Origin: Ascidiella aspersa
Lineage: Eukaryota
DNA: 64,000 nucleotides
Assembly: GCA_963924565.1 (NCBI GenBank)
Contig: OZ004608.1
Location: forward strand, 37,324,001 to 37,388,000
Direction: 5' to 3'
The position numbers were made by a program, and so were the translations under genes. The notes under the pieces are model-generated. The model was not told the origin of the DNA and did no database searches. It worked only from the letters and a program-made list of their open reading frames with translations. Below, one piece after another: positions 50,801 to 62,789 of this stretch. The number at the start of each line of letters is the position of its first letter. Within the stretch, counting starts at the first letter, position 1.

Positions 50801-53800
50801 ATAATTGTTTTTCTGCTTAATATTACAAGTATCAATGTTAAATATTCAATATTGCAAAATCTGGTTTAGTTACGAATAACAATAATTAGTTGTTCGTTGT
50901 CTTCCATTGTCTTATTGTGATCCTACAGCTTACTAGAAATAATATTCGCCACTTTAAGCTCCCCGCCTTTACCACAGTCTGTTGAGGCTTTGCTTCCGGC
51001 TTAAAGACACAGTGTAGTGTTACGTGGTAAACCGCAGGCGATCAGCTAGTTACACAACTGCTAAAAATGACTTAAAATATTTACAGCACTGGAAGCACCC
51101 AATGGTTTAAAATAACATGGTTGTGCTCAAATCATTTTTACTAAATTACTTAACGACTTAAGACTTGAATATTTTGACAAAATTACATTTTCATTTTATT
51201 ATTATTAACTTTTTTGTTGCAAATGACTTGTATCCTTCTTGAGTATTGTTGCAAAATGGCTCCACAGCTTTGTCTTAAGTATCTTAGCAAATTACTTGTA
51301 CTCAAGGTATCTTGTCTTGATGACTACCACCTACTTTTTGAGAAAGGTGAGGGTTTGTGATTAAATTGTTTTTGCATTGAACTTGCAAACCTAGTTTTTG
51401 CAGATTTACTTTTAGACTTATTTAAGTTTTTATTGCTAATTGACGGCCAAACATTTAAACATACATATCAATGAATTTTATGGTTAACAATAGTAAACAC
51501 ACTTACTAATAAAGAAAGGCGACCAAAGTTGTAGCATATCTGCTTACAAGCCTAACATTTACGTATTTGTTGCTTTTTTGACGGATAAACACCTAAGCAT
51601 ATTTTAGTGTGGCAACAGTAATACACTCACTGATAGAGAAGGGCGGTGGTTGTGTAAGCATGTATGAGTTGAAGAAGCCGAGGAAAGCGACATACACGAG
51701 CAGGTTGAGGTAGTAGACAGCACGACCGTACGATCTCCACTTATGGTTTAACAAGCTGATCACAAGCGGATGACGTAACAACTTGCCACGTCTCCAGTCC
51801 ACCTGAGAAGAAGTGACGTCATCGTTACCTCACGGTCAATGAACATACGTTGCATGCAGGGATGAAAGTGAAATAATTTTCTTACTTTTTACGAATTTTC
51901 ACATAAGTCATAAAGTGTCTAAAACAAGCAAACTTTGGAAACCTGAAGTTATCGATCAATGTGTAACTAAATCTTAGTTGATTAACTTTCGATAAGTTGC
52001 ATGCAGCACGGAAGTAAGGTTTGTAAACGTATGCCATCCTTGCAAAAACTACGATCATGTGTAAAATAATTTAACTTTTTTTACGCAGCGTTTCTTCGAC
52101 AAAATAGCATCGTGGGTTTCAAGATAACAACAACAATGGATCCGACCTACCATGACCATGAGTGGGTGGTTCTTTTTTACCAACGAAGTATCATCTGTGT
52201 ATGGAACGGCATCTTTCACGATCCTGCCGTTTTCATCATAAACCTATCACGAGGATCATAAGATAGGTTCAATGAGATAAAATATGCTGCTTATACAAGA
52301 TGGAGTTTAGAAGCATTTCCAACAGTTTAAGACAAACATGAAACAAAATTGGACTTCTTATCTTGTGATTGTACTAAATTCGACTTTTTTTTGAGTAAAA
52401 AAGGTTCACTACTGTTGTTGACATATTCGAAAATGATGCACAACTTAGGTTAACCATGATTTACACGGCGATACAATAAAAATATAAAGTTTAATAAAGT
52501 TTAAGAAAAAAATAGATCTTTAAGGTAGTAAAGGTATCCACCATAAATGTACAATACAGTAGCAAACACAGTTTTTGTTTACAAATTATATAAAGCTTCG
52601 CCCGTTGCAGCTGAAAAAACTGACTTGTTGTAGCATATAACGTATCTTAAACGTCGATTAATAGCGCTCGCAGGTAAGTTATTACGAATTGTTAGATATC
52701 TAGTTATAACAGGTCGCAAGTAAATTAAGAAAAGCAGCATATGTTACAAAAACAGTGGCTATCATTAAGTTAAATAAACGCGAGTTATACAGATGTTGTA
52801 AGTTTAAAGGTCAGAATTTATTTTCATGGTATTTCGGGTTATTGAAATTTAAAAAAGATACCCAAAGGCTTTCGTATATTAGTTAGCCAAAACAACGAAC
52901 AAATTTTTGAGAATTTTTTTCACTTTTGTCATAAAAGCAACAAGGCATATATACCATGCTGATATTTGCATTGTTACAATACAAATTATAATTAAACAAA
53001 ATAAAAATAAAACAAATAAAAAATACAAAACGGATCCATAACAAAAGACAAAAGCTGAACAAAATAACAACATAGAACAGGACAGTCATGCTAAAACAAT
53101 AATTAACTGGTATGCTTTCAGGCATCATGCCACCGTAAGAAAATGTAGCTTAATTTACCGGGATGTCCAGCGGGTCGTCCAATGATTCTTGACGCTTGGA
53201 AATGGTAGCGATATTATAAGATTGGGAAAGTATAAAAAGAACCCGAAACTAACATCCAGATTCGAAATATATTTATATTTTTTAAGGGAAAATAAAATTG
53301 TTAAGTCTCTAGTCACAATACAGTTCGACCTAAGGTCTAATATATTTTATATAGCATCAAAAGGCTTTTTGTAGTTTATTAGGAGCTGTAGTGCAGGAAA
53401 GGCAAGGCTTGAAAAAGCTATACTGCTGTGGTGAGATTCGAACTCACGACCTCGGACATAACGCTACCAACTGGACCACAGAGGCCAAGTAGTGAAATAT
53501 GTTAATATGTGTGACGTTGTAGGTTCATGAGACTACATACGAAATGTAAACAGTTGTACAAAGTTGTGTAAAAATGTGCGTATGTTTTATAGAAAGAAGA
53601 AAAAATGTCACTAAACAGAAATTTCTAACAACTTTACAACATTTATATTTTGCATACCGTGATGATTTAAATTTTCACATCAAGATATCGCATTTGAAAA
53701 GGAAAAATATAAGTAGATTTGCTTGAAAATCAGAGATCCTTTTATTTCAAAGTGAGGAAAGGTAATAAAATGTGCAGTAAAGGTAATCGTAACGGTTTGA

Positions 53801-56800
53801 AGTTGGAGTGAAGTGTTAAGAAAAACCACATGCCATAGAGCAGTAGCCAACTTTTAAAAAACTTTAAAACAAAACTTTAATCAAGCACGATTCACTAAAA
53901 AAAGGTAATCTATAAAGAATTATATAAAATAAACTAAATGTAACGTTGAAAAAACACACAGCACAGATAAATCTTAGTTTATCTTTTAAAACAGTGTGTT
54001 TCAACCTGAAGGATTTGGTCAACTTTCTTTTTTTTTACTAACATCATTTACTTTTTACTAATTAGTAGTAATTTGCATTCACTATTATTGTATTTCAACT
54101 TACAGCGTAAGGAACGTCGTGGATATTGAGGTTAACTTCTGAGGAAGAGTCATCAGCTTCAAGCCAGTTCGTACTCGAAAACTCGTCGTCGATAAACTCG
54201 TAATCGAAGGAGATCTGGAAATACGAGATGTTGTGGCGCTGTTGGTTTCACTACGCAACATGATATCATTAACTTTTTCAAGCCACATTTATTAACTCAA
54301 AAAGAAACAAACGTCGTCAAATTTGTCGTTCTATGTGCGGTTAGATGTTGAACTGGAAAATACTTCATTTTTTAATTTTCGAAAATCAACTTGACATAAA
54401 AAAAACGAACCAAACAGACAGGACTGGAATGTAAAATATTTAATGGTCTTAGTGTTGTTATTGCAAAGCCTTTATATTTTGAAACACCGTAATAACCCAT
54501 CCGCCATATTTATAGTTTTTAGTAAGAAATTATGTATTTTTAAAGTTTAGTTTTACCCAAATTTAAATACAAATACCAGTGTCATTTACGTATTTCTACA
54601 AATTAACCTTATTACGTATAATATCAATTTAATGATTACAATAGTACAACTTTAAAGTATGGTCAACAATAGTACCTGTAGTATTTTATTGTGTATAGTC
54701 TAGCATTTCCACCTAACAGTTCTATAACAAAGTAATTATACCTGAAATGATCTATGATCCTTGTTCTTGTTATTTCCCTTCAGGCATTTTGTGAAGACTT
54801 CCTCCGCAACTTCCGGCATCTTCTGGATCATTTTGCGGATAGGGGTGTTAGTTCGGTTGCCTGCAAAAGCAAGCGTAGCATTAAAACGCAAATAACATCG
54901 TTTACTTTATTTCGCTTTGTTTTGTCTTAAAGTCACCTTTCACTTTATTCGTTTCTGTTGCTTTTTCAATTTTTCGTTTTCACTTATCAGCATTAATTGT
55001 TTTATGCCTTGTTTTTATGCTGAAGGAGAATTCTTTTGTTTCAGCAACCATTTGGAACGCAAGAATTTGGGTAACAGCATTACTTACAGCAGGTTTCCAA
55101 CAAAGCATTTTAAAGAGATTCAAATATAAATGTTAACAACTATCAATTTATTAACAAAATACCAAACCAAATAACAAGCACCGCAAACCAACAACATATC
55201 GATCAAAATAACCAACAACTATGTTCAATCCCAAGTTAATGTATTTCTGTCGAACAAAATAGCAACAATCGATTACCATATCTAGCAACCACTTGGTCAA
55301 TTAAAAATAATCAACTAACCAACAATAAATCACCATCAATTACCCAAATAATAAAAATCAATCAAATTAAAACGGATGAATAAATTAAACAACAAATTAC
55401 CAACAAACCAACAACAACAACAATATACAACCAACCAAAAAAACAAATTACCAACCAGCCAACTAACCACTAACAACCATACAAATACAACAATAAACAA
55501 CCAACCTAAAGACCTAAATTAAACCAACCAATCAAAAGATCTAAATCCAACCAATCAACCACTAACAACAATTAAACAAACAACCAACCAACCAAATAAT
55601 AAATTACCAACCAACCTGAAACGATGTCGATGGTCCTGTTCTTCAGCGCATCTCTCCACTTATCAGATCTTATGATCTCCAAGGCGCACGAAGCGTGACC
55701 AGAATCAACGGCAAAGTCCAGAGCGTTCCTCCCATCAACTGAACGATTCGTTACATCAGCGTTCCACCTAAAGCAATCAAGAAACATTGGGAGCACTAGC
55801 CTTTGTACTAATACTTGTTAGCTTTCAGTTGCAGTTGCTTGCATTGCTAATATATTTACTATTCTTATACATATATTACAATATATTATACTTGTTTTAC
55901 ATAACATTGTTGTTTTAGATTTATTCGTAGCACATTTTACGTACGTATAACAGATAAAGACTTGTTTGTTTATGATTAAATTGGATTAACATATAGCATT
56001 AGTAAGGGTATCACACCAGAGCAGTAGCTCATTGTTCTTACTGGAGGAGTCGTTCCACCATGTCCTTGTGTCCCTGTTGACAAGCAAGATGAAGCGGAGT
56101 AATCTTCCTCTTATCTTTGGGATCAACAGGTGAGTCAGCTTCCAGAAGAACGACTGCTGATTTGTGCATTCCGGCGTAAGCGCAGCAATCAAGGGGCGTC
56201 CATTGCTTCGCGTTTCTACACCGAGTCAAAAAGTATTAAGTTTGTTTAGTTTAAGGTATGTCAAAAAAGGTTAGGTTTCATTTGAGCAAGTGTTTTTTTA
56301 AAATAGGAAAATATGTAGCATTTCATCTGACGTTTTTTAGTGATGATGATGCATATATTGAAAGGTTTTTAATATTTTAAGTACTAGTTTAAAGCGATTT
56401 TAACACAAACGGTTTATGTGGCCCCATCACAGATAAAAAGCATTGAATATGTTTAAGATATGCAAAATTCAACCAATCTATTCAAGGTTAGGTTTGATTT
56501 AAGCACGCGTTTTTACGATAGAGTGATTTTCATCTGTCGTTAATTGGTGATGAATATGATGCATATATTGAACAGTCTTTGATATTTTAACAACTAATTT
56601 AAAGCTTTGGTTTTTAAAAAAATGGTTTATAATGGTCTCATGTGTGTAAATATACGCAAATAATTGTATAAGTTTTAGTTGCTGCAATATTTTATGCATT
56701 TATCATAGCCCTCTGCGTCCTATCGGTTTACTGCGATCAATAACACGAACAGGCACACAAAAAGTAGTTCTAAAACAATATTTTTTTGTAAATTAATCAA

Positions 56801-59800
56801 GATAGAAAGCGTTAGATGTGTCCTATGCGGGTTACACCACCTTTTTCTAAACCGCTGTTTTAAATCTCCCTTTTCTGAACACATATTTTTCGATCCTTCT
56901 CTTCATAAAAAGCTAAAGTACCTTCTTTGCATCAGCTGAACTTATTTCTGGCACTTTTAAACAATAAAATAACGTTCTGCATATTGGGCTTAACGTATAT
57001 AAAAAGGTAGTTCGACTTTTTGTACTATACATTCTAGTACCTGTTACTGAGCTTACACGTTGCTACGATCTGATAAGACTGATGCTTGCTAAATCTTTCC
57101 ATACTTTTCGACTTTCGAGCACTGCCGAGCTGCAAAAACATATTCACAGCATTTAAATACTTATAAAGCAATACCTAATATCTTAGGCAAACAACTTAAG
57201 TCATTGTTAAACGTGCAACTACAACTGTGCTATATGTAAAGTATCCGTCTTAATCTTACTGCTCGGCGTAACAGGAGGCTTATTTAGCTATACAATAGCT
57301 ACAGTCTTATCAAATATTAAAAAATATATCCTTTTCACAATATTTATTATGCCAGTCCTTTTTACGAAAAAACCTAAACCTAAGATGTCCAATAAGCTAA
57401 ATTTTATCCAGAAATACCAAAATTAATTTAACTAATCAGTAAACTAAGTTAAATAACCCCATATTTCGGGGGAAGCACCCACCTGGCCCCAATATTAACT
57501 CTGATATTACGAGAACATTAGTTTTACAAAATCACAACCTTACTTAGCTGCTCAACGTGCATTTTTTTTTCTAGAAAACACCAAAATAATCAATAACTAT
57601 TCTAGTTAACCCAAACTTTAAACTAAATTAGCCAAAAAAAATAAAAGTTTAACTCCATATGTTTGGAGAAGCACCTACCTGGCCCCGATGTTAGCCCCTA
57701 GTCTGACCAGCTCCCTGACCACGTGGGTCCTCCCACAAAGTGCGGCAAGATGAAGTGGAGTGTTGGCGTTCTCATCATCATCATGTACGATCTCGTGTTT
57801 CCTAGCAACAAGCGCTTGTACAATCTTCAACCTCCCGTTGTCGGCCGCAAGATGAAGAGGAGTTTGCTCATCTTCGTTCTTAGAATCGATCTCCGCTCCA
57901 GCGTCCAACAGGATCTGAGATGTTAAAGGGGAGGGTGACACTTGGTCGCTAGCTTTGTAGTGTTTTGCGAGTGTTTGTTTAGGGAGGACACCGTATTTTA
58001 AGAGCTTTTCTCAGAACTACTACAAAGATGGGTAAAGATGCAAATTTTACTTTTTCGTTTTTAAATCAGCTTTTAAATGCTACACGGAAAACGAAAAAAA
58101 ATTAAAAGCTAAGAAAATATTCAGAAAACCCCGACTGAGCGTTGATTTCTAAAAGCTTGTTATACATAGTTGATTGGTCATTTCTCAAACTCTTTGAATA
58201 CATGGCGGAAACATTAAGTGCAAGCAGCCATTCCCACTCGTGCTGGTTGGACATTGTTGGCAAATATATTTTGTTTTATGTTTAGGTTTGGAACGCCGAA
58301 GATAAAACTTGTAGTGAGCTTAACTGACACATACCAATAAACACCAAATCGTATTTAAATATTCTATTATTGCTGTAGTAATACACTTATAGTTCAAAAT
58401 AACATTGTTGAAATTTTTTGGTTGAAACCAACATTTTCTTTAATTTAAGCAAATAAGAATAAACAATACTTTAAGTGTTTTTCCACGAAACTTTCAACCG
58501 ACTCACTTTTACGACGTTGAAGTGTCCCTTCTCCGCAGCGACATGTAGCGGCGTGTTGTCGTAACGATCGGTCAGTTCCAATAACCCGTTTCTCACTTTC
58601 TTGCTCTTTAGTAGGAGCTGAGAAGAAAACAACACATTAGGAGCGACATATCGCAGGTGGGGTAAATATAAAAGAGGAAGTACCGCACGACAATTATAAT
58701 AATATCGGTTATAAGCTTAGTACGTGTTTTCACAACAGAATATTTCCCTTCAACAAACCACATCATGCCGACGACAAAAGTTTTAAAATTTTATAATAGC
58801 TTGAGAAGCTCACCGCGTCGAACAACAATCAGTCAGCAAGGTCTAAAGCTTTTAATGTATAAAATGAATTTTTGTAGAAGCAAATAAATAGTAAAAAAAT
58901 TAAAATAATAAAATGTAAAATAAATAAATAAATAAATAAAAATACATCCAAGACTAACATGGACACAGACAACTTTTCGGTTATGAATTACTTATTTAGG
59001 TTGAATGCTTGAGTAAGGTATTATATATGCTTTCAAAACAAGGTGTAGCTAAAAGTTGAATTTGATTATATTTATGCAGGGCAACGCTTCTAGTACCTAA
59101 TACGAACAACCTGCACATCTCCTAAATTATCTTCAGTTAAATTACAAGCAAAATGGCCTTGGGTGAGGTTTGAACCCAGAACATATTCCGAGACCGTCGC
59201 TCTACACACTGAGCTACACAGGCTCAGAGGGGAGACAGTCGAGAAACAACCATAGCACCGTTGCCTGCTGCATACTGTTTGTAAAACTAGGCTGTGGTGA
59301 GGTTAGAACTTACGACCTCGGCCATACCGGGAACGTCGCTCTACCAACCGAGCTACACAGGATCAGAGGGAGTGAGTTGAAAAACAATCATAGCACCGCT
59401 GCCTGCTGCATCCTGTTCGTAAAACTAGCCTGTGGTGAGGTTCGAACTCACAACCACCGGTTTACCAAAGTTTTATATGTAAACAACGAAAGATTAAAAT
59501 GCAGACTGCGCTGGGATTCGAATCCGTGACCATATTTCGGCCAACGAACCTGTAGAGCGTCAGGTCTGTCTTCCTCAGCGCACTGATACAACACCGTCTT
59601 GTCGTTCTTGTCAGTTGCTGTGACGTTTGCTTTGTGCTTAAGGAGGATCTCTATCGCCTCCGTGTGGCCGTAGTTGGCGGCGATCAACAGCGCCGTAAAG
59701 TGGTCGGCGTCGTGAAGCTCAATCTTTGCTCCGCTGTGAGAAAACATAAGATGTAAGACAACATTTATCAACCATAAAAACATGTTGAGGTGGACCACAG

Positions 59801-62789
59801 ACAAAAAAAATAGATTTATTGAAGAATTTAGTTTCAGTTGTGTCTCTATACTTAATTTTTAGGAATAATTCCTTAGGGAGAAATTGAGAAGGAATGTAAA
59901 TAAAAATGAAATGTAAATTTATTGTTCAGCCCCAAGTATCTCACTAATGCACGGTTGAATAAATATTCTGTTTTGAAATATGTTCGGCTGTTTTTGTTGT
60001 ATACCTATCATAAAGTTTTTTTTGTTCTTTCATAAAGTTTGTTGAACCGCATGACTTTTTCGCAACGATCATGGGCAACAAAAGAAAAAAGTTAGAACCA
60101 CTGATTTAAGATAGGGGGGTACTTAAGCGGATAAGCTCATATTGAAATGTGGCATGTGTGTAAAGTATGGTAGGGTTAACAAGTTTAAAATATAATTTCG
60201 ATGTCAATTAAGGATATTAAGCTCGATATGAGTGTTAGGTTGGTAAATGTTATCCAGGGGTGGCCAACCACTCAGATACCAAGAGCGGCATTAGTTACTT
60301 GGTTAACCGCTAAGAGCCACACCTTACACACATGGAACGAAAATAATAGCCTATCACTCAATTTCTTACTCATAACAACAAAGCCATCGCAAAAAGCGCG
60401 AAAGAGAGCCTTTGTTTCGTTAAAAAGACAAAATTGGAACTTAGCCTACAAGGAGATACGACGCATTAAATGAGAAAATACACATTTCTCGATATAATGT
60501 GATTTATCAATATTATTTGGGCATATTGTTTGCGTTTAACTTGTTTCAAAAGTGTTTGGCAGGCAAAAAGTCTGAGTCGAAACCATCAATAATCCATAAC
60601 TTAACCTAACGAAATCGAGTCACTCTAATCTAATATCATATGTGCAACACGAAGGAGCCGCATATAACTCGGTGAAGAGCCGCATGCGGCTCGCGAGCCA
60701 CGTGTTGGCAACCCATGTTATATACCGTTAAAAAGTTTCTTAAAGTTAAAGGAGGCGTTTACAGCCTAATCTATTTAGAACTAAAAAGCATTGGCCCTAA
60801 CGGCTCGAACTATTCTGAACTTAAATTTTATCTCCAACTCGGCAATGGTGTTGCTCAGGATAGCCATTTGTCATATACATCATAAACACCAAACTTATGA
60901 GTTGGAAAAAATGCAAAAACATATAAATCACAAAAACACAAAAAACACCACAAACGCTATAAATATACGGAAGGAAAGTTATCTGTTTGTTTAGTAGATC
61001 TAATATCGCCAATATGTATAAAAATACAATGCTACCAATAACTACAAGAGTTTAATCAGGAGCACTAATACGTTATCTGTTGTAAAAATTGACAAGAAAC
61101 TAAAGATCATAAAAAATTATCAGCAGTTAAAAATAGACTGTGCAAAAATAAAAATAAAATCAGCCAACACGAACAATACAAAATCACGAGCTTTGCGAGA
61201 AGAATCTAAACGTATTTTTATCTTTTCTTCCTTTATAATAATTAGGTCAATTGAGGCAAAGCAAAAAAAATAAATAAAACTTATAATGTAAGTGCTAGTA
61301 AAACAAATAGCAAAAAAATCTCGAACCTCGTGAGTAGAAACTCGACCACCTTGAAGTGGTTGAATTGTGACGCAAGAATGAGCGGGGTTGACAACGATTC
61401 GTCCCGCTCGTTGACCTTTGCCCCCTTGGCCACTAGGAGGCGGGCGATCTCAAGGTGACCGTGACGGGCGGCCAGGTGAAGGGGGGTTTCGCGGTTCGAT
61501 CGGAAAGAATTGAGGGCGGCCGGGTAATCTGGAAATTTTCATGTTTTTTTTAATTTCTGTGTTTAGGTTTGAATTTTTATCACTTTTCGCCATTTTTTTT
61601 GGATCAAAATCTGTTTTCTTTGCGTGAATATCTGTTTAAAAAAAAATTGAGCTTTCAGATTACACAAAAAATAAAATATTTTATTAGTTTTATGAAAACT
61701 AAACAGCTCAATTAAATGACAAAACATTAAGAAAAAACAGATTTAAAAAAAATACTAAAAAAAGTAAAAAATGCATCGTAAAATCGGTGAAAAGTTGTTT
61801 AGCATTATCCGGCGTTAGATACTTTAACAAAACCTTATACTTTTCGTTAACCAATTATTTCTTAAAAAGTTATTAAAACTCACTATTTGCGAGGCAGGCT
61901 TCGACGATGTGCTCGGTGACCTTGAGATGACCGTTGTCGACCGCCAGGTGCAAGGGGGAATTCCCATCGTTGTCCTTCTCATCAAGGATATCCAGGAACC
62001 GAACGTTGTGTCGCTTCTTGTAGTTGTCAAGCATAAGCTTCACGATCTGAGCACAAAGAATATGTGTTGTTTATATGAAAATCTGGAAAAAATCAATACA
62101 CAGTCTGAAAAAAAATAATGAAAAATCGGAAAAAAAATCTTAACTGTAAAAAAAAATGATTAAAATTTTATTTAAAATCCAAAAAAATAAATAGATTAAA
62201 ATAAAAAACTTATTCAAACCGTGAAAAATAAATGGATTTCAACTTTTAAATAAAAATTAAATTTCAAATCTGAAAAAAAATTAAAATGTAAAAAAAAAAC
62301 TGTGAAACAAAAAGGATTTGAACTCTACATAAAATTTAATTTAAAATCTGAAAAAAAAAAATTGCATTTCAACTGAGGAACTTTCTATTAATTACACTAA
62401 AGTTTAACGATCTGTGGGTACACAAATAATGTATGTTGATTAAAAGGAAAAGTGGTAAAAACATTGGTTGTGCGAAAAATTATCATATTGCTGTTTTCTA
62501 GAGACTGAAACCAGTTAGAACCTTAAGGCACACAAAGGACTACTTTAAACCTACTCCAGACCGTTAAAAAAGCTCCTCCAACAAGCAAACATTTACTTGA
62601 TTGGATTAATTTATAATTATCGCTACTCACTTCTAAGTTTCCTTCTGCTGCTGCAAACTGAAGAGGCGTCCCATTGTCGTCATCCTGGCATCTGATCTCG
62701 GCTCCTTGCTCAATCAAGATCTTCGCAACATCAACTCTTCCATAGACCGCTGCTATGTGCAGGGGGGTCATCTGTTGTCTGTCACGAGC
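44819..62789 (-). CDS. TRPA1: TRPA1-like ankyrin-repeat TRP channel, 5'-partial (about 1013 aa in window). Exons 62789-62631, 62046-61884, 61528-61327, 59733-59550, 58617-58507, 57914-57679, 56215-56042, 55767-55616, 54860-54742, 54214-54104, 53194-53159, 52243-52151, 51802-51631, 50345-50206, 49780-49646, 48919-48719, 47872-47732, 47346-47269, 46683-46615, 46342-46163, 45004-44819
   Basis: More than 10 TPLH-type ankyrin repeats, LLRHPLV..LL..KW, six TM segments, pore MMIGEFEF, S6 IMNLLVGLAVDDI and a C-terminal coiled-coil-like helix. All junctions are GT-AG and phase-compatible (3042 nt). The 36-nt exon is the least certain. Confidence 0.93.
45001..45620 (-). repeat. About 40-bp tandem repeat x16 (161-bp higher-order unit) beginning at the acceptor of the last TRPA1 exon
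   Basis: TTTCGACTAAAA/TTTCGGCTGAAA at 45001, 45042, 45083, 45125, 45165, 45205, 45246, 45286, 45326, 45366, 45407, 45448... Confidence 0.92.
47923..47994. repeat. Perfect 72-bp inverted repeat (35-bp arms, 2-nt loop)
   Basis: AATTAGTATTTTTTTAGAAAGCGATTCCCGATATT-AA-AATATCGGGAATCGCTTTCTAAAAAAATACTAATT. Confidence 0.95.
53427..53483 (-). repeat. Truncated tRNA-derived repeat
   Basis: CTGTGGTGAGATTCGAACTCACGACCTCGG matches the units at 59.3 kb. Confidence 0.65.
59160..59455 (-). repeat. Tandem tRNA-derived repeat, 138-bp unit x about 2.2, in a TRPA1 intron
   Basis: Minus strand TAGCTCGGTTGGTAGAGCG (A box) ... GTTCTAACC/GTTCGAACC (B box). Units start at 59292 and 59430; no convincing anticodon stem. 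Confidence 0.8.
60255..60717. mobile_element. Charlie-like hAT MITE in a TRPA1 intron
   Basis: CAGGGGTGGCCAAC...GTTGGCAACCCATG with GAGCCGCATGCGGCTC subterminal motif; TSD degraded. Confidence 0.7.

Noticed and set aside
52241-52269. 8-bp inverted repeat AACCTATC...GATAGGTT covering a TRPA1 acceptor
   Set aside because: Short enough to arise by chance in 64 kb.
55140-55615. AACC/CAA-rich tract echoing the adjacent donor (GTTGGTTGGTAATTT), and TTTTTCAG-like echoes at 62050-62360
   Set aside because: Too low-complexity and degenerate to count confidently as junction-anchored repeats.
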